DNA from: Candidatus Bathyarchaeota archaeon
Lineage (GTDB): Archaea; Thermoproteota; Bathyarchaeia; Bathyarchaeales; Bathycorpusculaceae
Length of the DNA stretch: 64,000 bases
NCBI GenBank assembly: GCA_963768425.1
Contig: CAVYHV010000010.1
Span: 1-64,000, forward strand
Reading direction: 5' to 3'
Shown piece by piece: positions 49,957 through 60,360 of this stretch. Every line of letters starts with the position of its first letter. Position 1 is the stretch's first letter. Under the pieces are notes generated by a model. It did not search any database. It was not told the origin of the DNA and worked only from the letters and a program-made list of their open reading frames with translations. Both the position numbers and the translations under genes were made by a program.

Positions 49957-51168
49957 TTAAGTGCCTATCATTTCCTTGAGCAGCTTATGCATGGTTAACA
50001 CGGAAGCGTTTGTTCTAATTCCTCGAGTGTTAAAATGGGTTGGCACAGCTTGGTAGCCACCGTTGTGCAACGCGTTTGAGAAAGCTTGTGTTGAAGGCGA
50101 TGGTAAACTAAGTTTTCCGCTGAGCTTGTCAAGCAAGTAGTATGTTATCGGCGCCAAAGCCTCTTGTTTAGTTAGAGAAAGAAGTTTGGAAATTCTTGCG
50201 TTGCTTTTGAAAGCTACGGTCTTGTTTTCTTTAATCATTAATTCAATGAATTGCTGATCGAAGATGCTTCCCAACCAAAGTGGCCCTGCATAATCCATTT
50301 TTGAGCCGCATTCGGGACAGCTCAGGTTGCCGAAGGGTTGACGGGTGGTTTCCCTGTGTAGGCAGTTGAAGCAGTGCAGGATGTATCCGAGGGTTTTGAC
50401 GCTTTCGTCGGCTTTTGATGCGCCGTAGGCAATTTGGGCGTATAGCCTAATGTAGTGTTCGCTGCTGTGGCTAAAGACAACGTGAATCCCAATGTCGTGT
50501 TTTGCGGCCAATACAGCGGTGCAGCCTGCCAGAAGCCGAACTGCAAGTTCATGGCAATACTCTGTCCGCAAAGGTTTCCCGCCGTATTTTCGTATGCAGG
50601 CTTTTGAGTGTACCCCGCAGAGCGGCGCCAAGTCGGTGGCTGTTGAAGCAAGCAAACCATGGTTGCGAAGCGCTCTTAAGGCTGAACTTAAGAGGGGGGC
50701 AGGCGTGCCGAATGGATCTATGTCGACTATGTCAAAGCGTTTCTTTGGCGAGGCGTTGCAGCTTAAAACGCAGTTCGCATCCCTATGCCTTACCGTTATA
50801 ATCTTCTCGAGCCCGTTAAGTTGCACGTTGTGTTTTGCGACCTTGAAAGCCTGTTCGTTGATGTCACTGATTAAGACTCGTTTTACGCCTGCGATTTCAG
50901 CAGCGAACCGAATGCCTCGGATTCCTTGGCTAGTTAAAGGTTCACATATGCTGATTTCCCTGTTTAGTATGCGTTGATAGGCTTGGAATGAGAGAACAGT
51001 TAGGTCTCTGTTGAACTCCATGACTGGGTTGTAGAAGACTGGGGCTTTGGAAGGCGCATAATCCGAGGGAGTTACGCCGTAAGCTTCAAGTTTAGGCACT
51101 AGGACTTGCACTTTGCCTTCTCTGATTATTTCGCTTGGAAAATCTGGCGTGTAAACGGCATCGGTCAT
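49957..51168 (-). CDS. trm1: tRNA (guanine-26 N2)-dimethyltransferase
   Basis: PVFYNPVMEFNRD, GIRGIR, DIDPFGTP, TATD, HELAVRLL, GPLWLG. Confidence 0.95.
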   Translation of the reverse strand: MTDAVYTPDFPSEIIREGKVQVLVPKLEAYGVTPSDYAPSKAPVFYNPVMEFNRDLTVLSFQAYQRILNREISICEPLTSQGIRGIRFAAEIAGVKRVLISDINEQAFKVAKHNVQLNGLEKIITVRHRDANCVLSCNASPKKRFDIVDIDPFGTPAPLLSSALRALRNHGLLASTATDLAPLCGVHSKACIRKYGGKPLRTEYCHELAVRLLAGCTAVLAAKHDIGIHVVFSHSSEHYIRLYAQIAYGASKADESVKTLGYILHCFNCLHRETTRQPFGNLSCPECGSKMDYAGPLWLGSIFDQQFIELMIKENKTVAFKSNARISKLLSLTKQEALAPITYYLLDKLSGKLSLPSPSTQAFSNALHNGGYQAVPTHFNTRGIRTNASVLTMHKLLKEMIGT

Positions 51169-51240
51169 TTGGTTGCTTCCAGTTGGATTTGCTTATCAAA
51201 AGAATTTTATCTGCATATTAGACTTCTGGTTTAGGTAGGT

Positions 51241-51795
51241 GTGAAGCTGTTGAAGAAGCGGGTTTTGCTTTTGACTGGTGTTCCTGGCGTGGGGAAAACA
51301 ACAGTGCTGATCAAAACGGTGGAAGCCCTTAAAACGCGAGGCGTAAGCGTTGGCGGCATGATTAGTCGTGAAGCAAGAGAAGGTGGCGAGCGGGTGGGTT
51401 TTGAAATACTTGATTTAACCAACGGCAAGCGTGGGTGGCTGGCGCATGTAAACCAGAAGATTGGCCCGCAAGTCGGAAAGTACCATGTGAACCTTTGCGA
51501 TCTTGAATCAATAGGTTCAGAAGCCATTTTGGAAGCTTCGGAAAAATGCGCTTTAGTGGCAATTGATGAAATTGGTCCTATGGAGCTTTATTCACCGAAG
51601 TTCAAGCAAACCGTAAAGCAAGCGTTTGTAAGCGGTAAGCTTGTGTTAGCGGTGGTTCATGCGAAAGCCAAAGACCCGCTGATAGCTGAAGCAAAACAAA
51701 GAGAAGACGCTGAAATTATCCAGGTAACTAAAGAGAATCGAGACGCTTTGCCCGAAACACTAAGAAAACTATTGCAGCTATCTATTGAGACCTAA
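51241..51795 (+). CDS. THEP1-type NTPase
   Basis: TGVPGVGKTT, RVGF, VGKYHV, IDEIGPME. Confidence 0.92.
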   Translation: MKLLKKRVLLLTGVPGVGKTTVLIKTVEALKTRGVSVGGMISREAREGGERVGFEILDLTNGKRGWLAHVNQKIGPQVGKYHVNLCDLESIGSEAILEASEKCALVAIDEIGPMELYSPKFKQTVKQAFVSGKLVLAVVHAKAKDPLIAEAKQREDAEIIQVTKENRDALPETLRKLLQLSIET

Positions 51796-52163
51796 CAAGT
51801 TACGTGAATTAACGCGACAAATTTTCTTTGTTCTTCCTCGATTTTTTTAATTACTTCGGGGGTAGGAAGGATTGTCGTGTCATATTTGTTCAATATTTCA
51901 GTAGCCTTCGGCGTTATGGGCAACGCGGCTTCGTGACCTATCCCAACATAAACTGCTTCGAATTGTTCCTTTGAAAGAAAATCAAGTTCCCGTTCAGAAA
52001 GGGGCGTGTGACCGAATTCCGATTTTAGTTCTTTGGATTTCTTTTTCTCCCTTTTTGTTATGGATCCATCTGAATGGATTATGATGTCTTTTTCATATTT
52101 TTCACTGTTGACATCGATCCAGCCGAACTCTGATTTAATGGATTTGATTTTCATAGACTCCAC
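51792..52163 (-). CDS. Mth938/DUF498-like protein
   Basis: FGWIDV..YEKDIII, GHTPL, VGIG, C-terminal HVTC. Confidence 0.8.
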   Translation of the reverse strand: MESMKIKSIKSEFGWIDVNSEKYEKDIIIHSDGSITKREKKKSKELKSEFGHTPLSERELDFLSKEQFEAVYVGIGHEAALPITPKATEILNKYDTTILPTPEVIKKIEEEQRKFVALIHVTC

Positions 52164-52185
52164 CTAAAATAGTAATGACCCAAGG

Positions 52186-52488
52186 TTATTTTGGTTTCTT
52201 GCCGGGTGCTTTGTTGTTTTTCGAGTTAGCCTTGCGTTTTGATGCTTCTGGTTTTTCCGGTTCATCCCAATACTTATCGAACTCTTCTGGCGACATGATA
52301 TTGAGGCTTTGAAGTTGCTGGCTAAAAGCATCAAGGGCACATCGGTTGTTGAGGTGAGCATGATAGACTTCGATGAGAAGATTGACAGCCATCGACTTTG
52401 AAATCGGTTTTTTAGCCATGAAACTTAATTCTTCAGCTGCTTTCGCCAATTCATCATCGATTTTATCAGGCAAAACAAACGTTTTCAT
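52186..52488 (-). CDS. Hypothetical protein (RHH-like N-terminus)
   Basis: MKTFVLPDKIDDEL...ISKSMAVNLLI. Confidence 0.65.
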   Translation of the reverse strand: MKTFVLPDKIDDELAKAAEELSFMAKKPISKSMAVNLLIEVYHAHLNNRCALDAFSQQLQSLNIMSPEEFDKYWDEPEKPEASKRKANSKNNKAPGKKPK

Positions 52489-52492
52489 GTTA

Positions 52493-53041
52493 TCAACTCA
52501 GGTCTTTGGCTATTTGCTCTGCGTTCCTTTTAACCTTCGCCAAATCATCCGCCGTGGGCTTCCCTCGGATATCGCCCAGCCTGCCAAGTGTGCTGTTGTC
52601 TTCTCTTCCATGAAACTCGCCTACAATGTACCATTCGCCGACTATTGTGAAGCCGAAATGCTCAAAGTACTGCCGCATCGTTTTGCCCGCAGGCACCGCC
52701 TCATCAATTCCAGTGTGAGGTCCCGAGTAAGTGACGAAAACCAGTGCGTTTTTGCCTGCCACTTTTGGGGCGCAGGGCTTGATTTTCCCCTGACTTCGGT
52801 AAAGGTTCAGCTTAGACTTCAGAAGGTCAGCAACCGGCTTCGCTGGCTGCCACTCAATAGATGGCGAACCGACACACACCAAATCGTAAGCGTAAAAGTC
52901 CAAGTTAGCTGCTTCCTGAGGCTTCTTCAATTCTACATGGAATCCTCCTGCCTCTAAGCCAACTTGGATTGCGTAAGCAACTTTCTGGGTGTTTCCAGTG
53001 CTTGACCAATAAACTATTAACGCTGACTTCAAACTTGGCAC
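52493..53041 (-). CDS. Flavodoxin family protein
   Basis: IVYWSSTGNTQKVA, VGSP. Confidence 0.88.
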   Translation of the reverse strand: MPSLKSALIVYWSSTGNTQKVAYAIQVGLEAGGFHVELKKPQEAANLDFYAYDLVCVGSPSIEWQPAKPVADLLKSKLNLYRSQGKIKPCAPKVAGKNALVFVTYSGPHTGIDEAVPAGKTMRQYFEHFGFTIVGEWYIVGEFHGREDNSTLGRLGDIRGKPTADDLAKVKRNAEQIAKDLS

Positions 53042-53368
53042 TCTCTATTCTCTTACTGCACGGCAAGAGTATTTTAGACTTATCCGCCTGAGAACTACTT
53101 CACGAGAATCGACCCGAAAAATCAATGCGACCTGCAAACACCTCAAAAATCCCTATCACTCACTTATTTTTGAGGTATAAATTTAATCTGTGGTGTAAGT
53201 CAGCCGCGCTGTCTTGTCCCGAAATCACATTTTGAAGTAATGCGCTTAGGAGGTCCAGAAATGTAGACTTAAGTTTGGTAAATTGACCCGGTCGAGGTTT
53301 ATTTCTTGTCTTGGTCTAATAACGAGGTATTAAATATCAAAGTAAACATATGTTTTTCGAGGAAGCGA

Positions 53369-54463
53369 ATGTCTATGGTCGCTGACGTTATCGATCAAGA
53401 CCGTCGGCGGGCCGAGGTTTTTGACGCTCTTAGTCATCCGACCCGCATAATGATTCTAAAAGCCTTAAGCGATGAAGCTGTGGGTTTTGCTGACCTAAAG
53501 AAGAAACTTGGCATCGAGAGCAGCGGGCATCTCCAGCATCACCTGAACAAACTCAATGACCTAGTGAAAACGGACGAATATGGAAAATACACGCTTTCAG
53601 ACCAAGGAAAAGATGCACTACTCAGCGTTCAAACTGTGGAAAGAACGGCCAAAATAGAGACAAAACAAAACGGAAAAGTCCAAAGGCCTAAAAAGAACAT
53701 TGTTTTGCTATCCGTAGTCATAGCACTTGCTTTCCTGCTAGTGGTAAGCTCAACTCTTGCAGCAGTTGAATATACGACCCTCGGCAACCAGAAATCGTCT
53801 TACCAGAGTGAATTGACTAAACGAAACACAGCAGTTACCCAGCTTGACACAGCCCTGAACTTTTCGCAAGCAGTAATCAGTATAAAGCAGCCTACTGAAT
53901 CTCAATACCTAACAACCCTTCCCGACAGCAATCGTGAGGGAACCCCCACAAAAATCCTTCTTCTTTCAACAAACATAGGTTACTTCTACGGTCCCAACTT
54001 ATTGCCGCTTAGTGAGTCGCTCAGAGATGCCTTAACAGTACCAACAAATAACGGGTCGCTGAACTTGCCCGATTTCGGTTGGCAATATGCGCCTGGAAAT
54101 TACAGCTGGTCATTTATGAGTGGAGGACCGTACCTTATGATAGGTGCCACGGTTAGAAACGATTATACATCCGCGGATGCTGGAAACGGCAATAATCCTA
54201 CCACGCCAATTGGGAATGTTCGGGGTTCATATCTTTCGTATCTAAGCTTGACCGTTAGGCTTTACAGTCAAGATGACCGCATTGTGCAAACGACATATCT
54301 TAACGTTACTTATGCACCAAATAATACGGCGTTGGGAGGTCAAAAATTCATTTCAGAAAGTGGCTCAACGACACAGGTTCTCTTCTATCTTTCTCCTTCC
54401 AGCTTAAACATTGGCCATTACGAAATCTATGTCTCTTCCCTATCTGCGCTTCCGCAACCTTGA
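53369..54463 (+). CDS. ArsR wHTH - TM - extracellular domain one-component regulator
   Basis: FDALSHPTRIMIL...SSGHLQHHL; single TM; S/T/N-rich C-domain. Confidence 0.82.
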   Translation: MSMVADVIDQDRRRAEVFDALSHPTRIMILKALSDEAVGFADLKKKLGIESSGHLQHHLNKLNDLVKTDEYGKYTLSDQGKDALLSVQTVERTAKIETKQNGKVQRPKKNIVLLSVVIALAFLLVVSSTLAAVEYTTLGNQKSSYQSELTKRNTAVTQLDTALNFSQAVISIKQPTESQYLTTLPDSNREGTPTKILLLSTNIGYFYGPNLLPLSESLRDALTVPTNNGSLNLPDFGWQYAPGNYSWSFMSGGPYLMIGATVRNDYTSADAGNGNNPTTPIGNVRGSYLSYLSLTVRLYSQDDRIVQTTYLNVTYAPNNTALGGQKFISESGSTTQVLFYLSPSSLNIGHYEIYVSSLSALPQP

Positions 54464-54571
54464 ATGAAATTAACTCGTTAGCAACTCGATTCGCTTTTCA
54501 TGTTTTCTCATTTTATTCCAATAGAACTCGATAATTGACCCAACAACTCGCTGACGCCTCAGATGACATTT

Positions 54572-55144
54572 TCAATCGCCCCGCTTTTCAGCAACAGCTA
54601 CAAGTTGCCGACCAGAAAAATCTTTCCTGAAAGCAAAGAACTTTAACGCTACTAGCGCAAGAAAGCTATGTTTAGTATCATCATATGTATAAGCAAACAC
54701 TTTGAACCTGCGAAAACCAACTCTACGCATTAAATTATCTAACTCAAGCCGTCCCCAAGCACTCACATGGTCATTATGTGGAACATAAAAACCATGCAGT
54801 AATGTGTGCAATATAACCGTGATGTTCAGAATGTTAGGAGTTCCAAGAATTAACCTACCATCGTTAGTCATTACTCTCTTAATTTCTTTTAAAACCCTGC
54901 ATGGAGAATCAACATGTTCAATAACATCGAACATGGTTACCTGCGCAAATAAATTATCTGTGAAAGGAAGGAAAGTTGCATCACATCTTACGAAAGGCTT
55001 GTCTGACTTGCAAACATGCTTTCCAATGTCAATGTTTACGTCACCAAGGCAAATCAAACCAAAATGTTCAGAACCAGAGCCAACATCTAAAGACAGTTCA
55101 TCTGCCTTTAACTTTTTGAATAAGAATGTTGGGAAAGTTTTCAC
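54572..55144 (-). CDS. Class I SAM-dependent methyltransferase
   Basis: LDVGSGS, CDATFLPF, DVIEHV, TPN. Confidence 0.85.
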   Translation of the reverse strand: MKTFPTFLFKKLKADELSLDVGSGSEHFGLICLGDVNIDIGKHVCKSDKPFVRCDATFLPFTDNLFAQVTMFDVIEHVDSPCRVLKEIKRVMTNDGRLILGTPNILNITVILHTLLHGFYVPHNDHVSAWGRLELDNLMRRVGFRRFKVFAYTYDDTKHSFLALVALKFFAFRKDFSGRQLVAVAEKRGD

Positions 55145-55150
55145 CTTTCA

Positions 55151-55474
55151 TTACACCGCCCCGATGCTTTCGAGTTGCTTATAGATTTCAACATCACCAG
55201 ATTTATCCGAGTTAGTTCGCAGAGCAACATAAAAATTTTCGCAAGAAGAACAGGGCTCGCTTAAGCCACAAATTCTAGGCCAAAATGATGCTTGAAGTAA
55301 AAGCGATTTTTTATTCTTTCGTTTAGCGTTCATAAAAGATACACAAGCAGAATTAAAAATCTTGTCAAATTTCAGTTGAGTTGGAAATGTCAGGTTTATT
55401 TTCAAAAGCTGACTTAACCTTACATTAGAGTAATCATGAAAGTCAACGTACAATCTCTGACTTACAGTACCCAT
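55151..55474 (-). CDS. Hypothetical protein
   Basis: ORF ending 6 bp before the methyltransferase start. Confidence 0.45.
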   Translation of the reverse strand: MGTVSQRLYVDFHDYSNVRLSQLLKINLTFPTQLKFDKIFNSACVSFMNAKRKNKKSLLLQASFWPRICGLSEPCSSCENFYVALRTNSDKSGDVEIYKQLESIGAV

Positions 55475-55589
55475 AACCAGTCAACTTCAATTGGAATAAT
55501 CAACTGATCTAATTAATTGTTAAGACTTTCGCTTTGTAACAAGACGGCTCGGCAGAAAACGTGAATGATTTTGCAGGACAAGTACTGGC

Positions 55590-56030
55590 TTATTGTTGTT
55601 CTGCTTGTTGCTTCAGCGCCTTATTCATTTCCTCAAATCCCCTTTGAGTATCGCGCAGCAGGCTGCGAGTGAAGGGGACTAACAGACCAGTGAACTTCTC
55701 AAGCTGGATAAACTTGACAGAATTTTCACTTGAAGATTCAATTATTAGAGCATGTTCGCCATCGAACAACCAAGGCAAATACAATCGCCCCAACCAGCGC
55801 AGTTCATGGTTTGGGTCAACTTTCAGCACTTTGGGTCGAAAGGTCATGCCTTTAGTTCCAGAAGGTTGAATGAATACTTCGAGTCTTGCACCCGTTTTGA
55901 TTTCTCCGGTTGCCCGACGTATGAGTGGGTTCCAGCGCGGAAAATCCTCAAAATCGGTGATTACTGCCCATAATCGTTTGGCAGACGAATTAATCACTAT
56001 TTCATTCGAAATTTGCTTCGAGAATACCAG
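55590..56030 (-). CDS. SRPBCC/polyketide cyclase family protein (start uncertain)
   Basis: LWAVITDFEDFPRWNP, ELRWLG, LFDGEH, GFEEMNKALK. Confidence 0.85.
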   Translation of the reverse strand: MVFSKQISNEIVINSSAKRLWAVITDFEDFPRWNPLIRRATGEIKTGARLEVFIQPSGTKGMTFRPKVLKVDPNHELRWLGRLYLPWLFDGEHALIIESSSENSVKFIQLEKFTGLLVPFTRSLLRDTQRGFEEMNKALKQQAEQQ

Positions 56031-56466
56031 CGAAAACCACCACTTGGTATTGACCTGCTTAACTATAAAAACTTGGGGTGCGCTCAAGACATGAGCAGCT
56101 GCCCGTTGACAAAAAGCTTTCAATGTCGATGCGCTTTCCTCAAATACTTCAATAGTTAATTTCGGGACAAGGCAGGTTGCTATTTCTTAATTCTAAGAAA
56201 CAGACATCAAGCAAAAAATAAAGCTCAAAGAGTGTAAGAACGAGGGGAAAAGGACATCGGTGAGTTCGGGACCAACGTCTTCATTTCGACGCTAAATGAG
56301 TATTTTGAGTCATGCATTGAAATTTCACGAATACGAGTTGGTGAACCTATGATTTTGCGATATATTCCGATTCTGGAAATATCCTTCTTAAGCTACATAA
56401 ACGACTTCTTGTTTGAGGAGAAAGGAGAGCTTCTCACTTAAGAAAAATCCTATTGAGGTTATACGT

Positions 56467-56577
56467 ATGTATGTAGATATCTCTGAAGAAATCTTTGAAG
56501 CAATGTTAGACAGCCTAGATGGCGACTACATTATTGAAGCCCAAGTTCTTGCAAGCATGAAACCTACTGGCTGGTAA
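56467..56577 (+). CDS. Very small acidic hypothetical protein
   Basis: MYVDISEEIFEAMLDSLDGDYIIEAQVLASMKPTGW with GAGGT upstream. Confidence 0.35.
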   Translation: MYVDISEEIFEAMLDSLDGDYIIEAQVLASMKPTGW

Positions 56578-56832
56578 TGCTTGGTTGGCGCCCTTACGAA
56601 GCAAGAAAGCGTAAAGCCCAAAAATGAAAACAAGAGCTAATTTTCTCACTATTGATTCATATTCTTGATTCATAAGGCTTATTTCCTTTAAACCTCAAAG
56701 AGTTAACAAAGACCCGCAAAAAACTGGAACACAAAGCCATGTTTTACAAGCTTCCGTCAAGAGAGAACTAAATGAAAAACCAAAAGAAACGTCAAATGGA
56801 ACGGCGCAAAAAAATTTTAGAAAGTGCTTAAA

Positions 56833-56955
56833 ATGAAATCTAATGATAAATGTCCTTCTTGTAGTTCAGCTGAGACAGAAATCGTCTATGAAAGCGAAAC
56901 AGTGTTTAGTGTTTGCAAAGGTTGCAGAGAAATACGGTCAAAAAGCTGGTTTTGA
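56833..56955 (+). CDS. 40-aa zinc-ribbon microprotein
   Basis: MKSNDKCPSCSS...VCKGCREIRSKSWF. Confidence 0.55.
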   Translation: MKSNDKCPSCSSAETEIVYESETVFSVCKGCREIRSKSWF

Positions 56956-57176
56956 AAAATTCTCGCCTAAACATATGTGACTGGATTAGCGTCTAATTCA
57001 ACCAACCAAAAGCCATTAATAAAATAAGATTTCGACTAAACCTTCTTTAGAAACAAAAAAAGGAAAAAATATTTCAAATAACAACTTTGCTGAAACGCTT
57101 GTTTTTAAGCAAGACATAAAAAGAAATCTCGCTTCATATACAATCAGTGAAGGCTTAGTTTAGAGGAGAACTTGTA

Positions 57177-59009
57177 ATGAGAGCACAAAAGGTTGTCAGC
57201 AGGAAGACTGCTTTAGGGTCAATAGGGTTATGTATTGTTCTGTCAGTTGTCGTGATTGGCTTTCTGGTGCAGGATTCTAATGTTAGTCTTCTTAATCAAG
57301 CGACGTCGAAAGATTTGATTATCAAATCCTTGAACTCGACTGTCAGCACGCTAAATGCGACTGTAATCCAGGATAATTCAACGATTGACTCTTTGAATGC
57401 TCAAATAGCAAGCCTTCAAAAACAAGTTAAATCTGAGAGCTTGGCCAACTCAGCTCTTCAGACTCAAGCCAAGTCGACAACTTCTCAGCTTAATAGTGAA
57501 ACCAATGAAGTAAACTCGCTTCAAAAGGAGATTAATGACAACCAGATTTCAACCGAGCAAGTGCAAATGGCGAACCTGCAAAGCCAGGTCGCTTCGGACC
57601 AATCAACAATAGCGTCGTTGAACTCGAACGTCGCAAATTTAGAGACAACGATGGCGAACTGGGAAGCTCCTGTCACCAACGGATTCAGTTTAATCCAGAT
57701 TACCGATACGCAATACCTAAGCGAGACAAACCCTCAGTTATTTAATACTTTGACCAGCTGGATAGTAAACAACACCAACGCCCTAAACGTATCAATGGTT
57801 GTTCACACAGGTGATATTGTGAATGTTGCCAATTCCCCGGCTCAATGGAGCAATGCAAACGACGCCATGATGACTCTTTACAACAATGGGATACCTTACT
57901 GTTGGGACGCCGGAAACCACGATCAACTTAACAGTACTGCCCAAGGCGGCGGAGGAGACCCAAACGGCGCATGGTTGGGAGGATACTACCCTGCATTCAA
58001 CGTAACTTTGATGCAGCAAGAACCATACTGGGTAAGCAGCATTTTCGACGGCGCAAACACTGCAGTAAGATTTTCTTTCGGCAGCCACCAGTTCATGGTT
58101 ATCAACATAGAATATGACGCTAACCAAACGGTTTTAAACTGGATGGAAACCCTAATCACTGCTAACCCCGCCATCAACGTGATTGTCGCCACGCATAATT
58201 TCCTTAACGGAGATGGCGGATACGGCTACACTTTAGTTTCTGCATCTGGCGAGTGGGCTGCAAACTTCGAAAACATATTGAACAATTATCCCAACGTGAT
58301 TCTGACGCTGAATGGACACGACGTCAACGATGGAGGAACAGCATACAATCGAAAAGTTGGAAACAGAGAAGAAATCTTCTTCAACAGACAAGAAGTAAAC
58401 GGAAAAACGGGGGCGGCGGCCGCGCGAATCTACACGTTCAATATGAGTAATCCGGCGCAGCCAGCTGTAAACGTCTACACATACCAGGCATACTCAAACG
58501 GCGCAGAAGGACCCCAGTATTTAACTGACCCAATGGACCAGTTCAGTTTTTCAGTGAACCTTTCAGCTTATTCGCCTCAGACAGTTAACTTTACCGGCAG
58601 CACTGACTTTCTGGGGGCAAGCGGCTACAGCGTAAGCTTCGCAAATCCAGTAACCATGTCTCCTGTCGTGCAAAATGTTGAAGGAACGTACCTACTCAAC
58701 TTGTGGGCATGTTACAACCAGACAGGTGACTTACTGACATTCTACAATTTGACTTTCAATGGCGTAACATCCAACGTGACACTCAGCTCAGTCGGATCTA
58801 ACATAGTAATGGACAACTACAACTCAACCAGCATAACATACTCGGTTAACGGAGGCATTGGCATTCAAACCTTCTTGACGAACGCAATTCCAACATCGGT
58901 AACCGTTGACAACACAACACAAGCCACTCCAGGCATCAACTGGACGTACCAAAACGGGGTAGTCACAGTTATCGGCGCGACCCAATCAGTGACCATAAAC
59001 TTTACCTGA
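57177..59009 (+). CDS. Membrane-anchored coiled-coil + metallophosphoesterase surface protein
   Basis: TM, heptads, then ITDTQ, HTGD, GNHD, ATH and NGH motifs. Confidence 0.88.
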   Translation: MRAQKVVSRKTALGSIGLCIVLSVVVIGFLVQDSNVSLLNQATSKDLIIKSLNSTVSTLNATVIQDNSTIDSLNAQIASLQKQVKSESLANSALQTQAKSTTSQLNSETNEVNSLQKEINDNQISTEQVQMANLQSQVASDQSTIASLNSNVANLETTMANWEAPVTNGFSLIQITDTQYLSETNPQLFNTLTSWIVNNTNALNVSMVVHTGDIVNVANSPAQWSNANDAMMTLYNNGIPYCWDAGNHDQLNSTAQGGGGDPNGAWLGGYYPAFNVTLMQQEPYWVSSIFDGANTAVRFSFGSHQFMVINIEYDANQTVLNWMETLITANPAINVIVATHNFLNGDGGYGYTLVSASGEWAANFENILNNYPNVILTLNGHDVNDGGTAYNRKVGNREEIFFNRQEVNGKTGAAAARIYTFNMSNPAQPAVNVYTYQAYSNGAEGPQYLTDPMDQFSFSVNLSAYSPQTVNFTGSTDFLGASGYSVSFANPVTMSPVVQNVEGTYLLNLWACYNQTGDLLTFYNLTFNGVTSNVTLSSVGSNIVMDNYNSTSITYSVNGGIGIQTFLTNAIPTSVTVDNTTQATPGINWTYQNGVVTVIGATQSVTINFT

Positions 59010-59268
59010 GTCACCAAAAGAAATAACACACAAAAAACATTTAGATGCGAAGTGTGAGACTCCAAAATCTTCATGGGAGATTTCACAATGTTGTTTTTCT
59101 GAGCGACTACGACTAAGGTCAACGATTATTTCGCCAATGTTGCTTTTGTTGAATAATGGTTGAAAAAATAAGAACATTCGTGGTCAACCGAATGCAAGTT
59201 TAGCAGAGGCGCGAGGTCACAGAGCAAAGAGGTCTTAAGACATCTACCTTCTTTTTTCGCGCGCACTT

Positions 59269-60098
59269 TCAAAAGTAACTGAAGATTGCTGATGCCAGCA
59301 AATTGGCGCCTATTAGAATGAGAGTTAGGTCAGCGAAAAAGCCGAAACTAAACTGAACATTATTACTGCCTGAAGAGTACATTTGAACGAATCCAAAGCG
59401 AATAATCAAAGTTGAGAAAAGTCCAATCGCGACCCCCATCATTATGATGGATGCCCTTAATGATGTGTTAAATTTCCTTGCAAAAGCCCCAAACATGATT
59501 CCTCCCACTGCATAAATCAGTAACCCTATTCCAAAAGAACATGAAACCATTCTAAACTTTCATGCACCGAAGCGAACATTTGAAAAAACGGAATACTTAC
59601 AGCGACGACCACGAGTAATAAACCCGTCGCTAAGTTGGTCAATTTTGCTTTACTCGAAAAGTCGCCCAAAAAAGCACCAAACAATTTATAAATTCCAATT
59701 ATGAGCATGGCAACGCTGAATATAGCAGCCCAGTGAAAAGCAATTTCAATTCCTGTGTAAATTCCAAAAAATCTACCCGGATACAACAAGACAAAACCCA
59801 ATATCAGGGCTTACAGCCCGATCAGCCCTCCTGCTAAGTTGAAAACAAAAGGAAGTTTCGATTTTTCTGGGGGCTTGTTTTTGGCAAGATAGTTAAGTCC
59901 CACCGAAACAGCCAGTATCCCAAAAATTAACAGCGAAAGCCCAATAAAATAATCCGCATCGTTTACCGCAATATAGCCTGTTTCTGTGTTGGCAGCACTT
60001 ATGATTGGTTTAGTGAAAAGCCAAAGGTAAGTAGCTGATGCCAGAAGGAAGCCTCCGAACGAAGTTAAAGCAACGCCAAATTTTCTGCTTTTGCTCAC
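59269..60098 (-). CDS. Multi-TM membrane protein (probably one gene split into three ORFs)
   Basis: Three abutting or overlapping hydrophobic ORFs that read through in shifted frames. Confidence 0.55.
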
Positions 60099-60360
60099 TT
60101 AAATCCCAATACTAATTTGAGTATTTTGTTTTTAATTTTTTTGTTTGTTGTCTGTTCTCGTGTGGTGCGGTGTGCCGTTTGGTGTGGTGCTGTGCAGTTG
60201 TGGTTGTTGTTGTGGGTGTTGAGGATTTATGAGGAGGAGAGAGGCAAGTAGATTATGAGTTTTAGGATTGGGAGAAAGACTAAAATTTCGTTTTTCTCCC
60301 TCTCGTTTTTCAAAAACAGGCGCTTTCCACTTATGTTCTCCAATGAATGTAAAAGCTTAA

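Noticed and set aside
334-60098. Widespread pseudogenisation or programmed frameshifting (PQQ protein, nitroreductase, lysC, DHFR-like, GT4 and others)
   Set aside because: Single-base indels, often at homopolymers, hit unrelated and likely needed genes while motifs stay intact. Long-read consensus error is the simpler explanation, and read polishing would decide it.
60130-60280. G/T-rich low-complexity tract
   Set aside because: No regular period, ORF or pairing that I can support.
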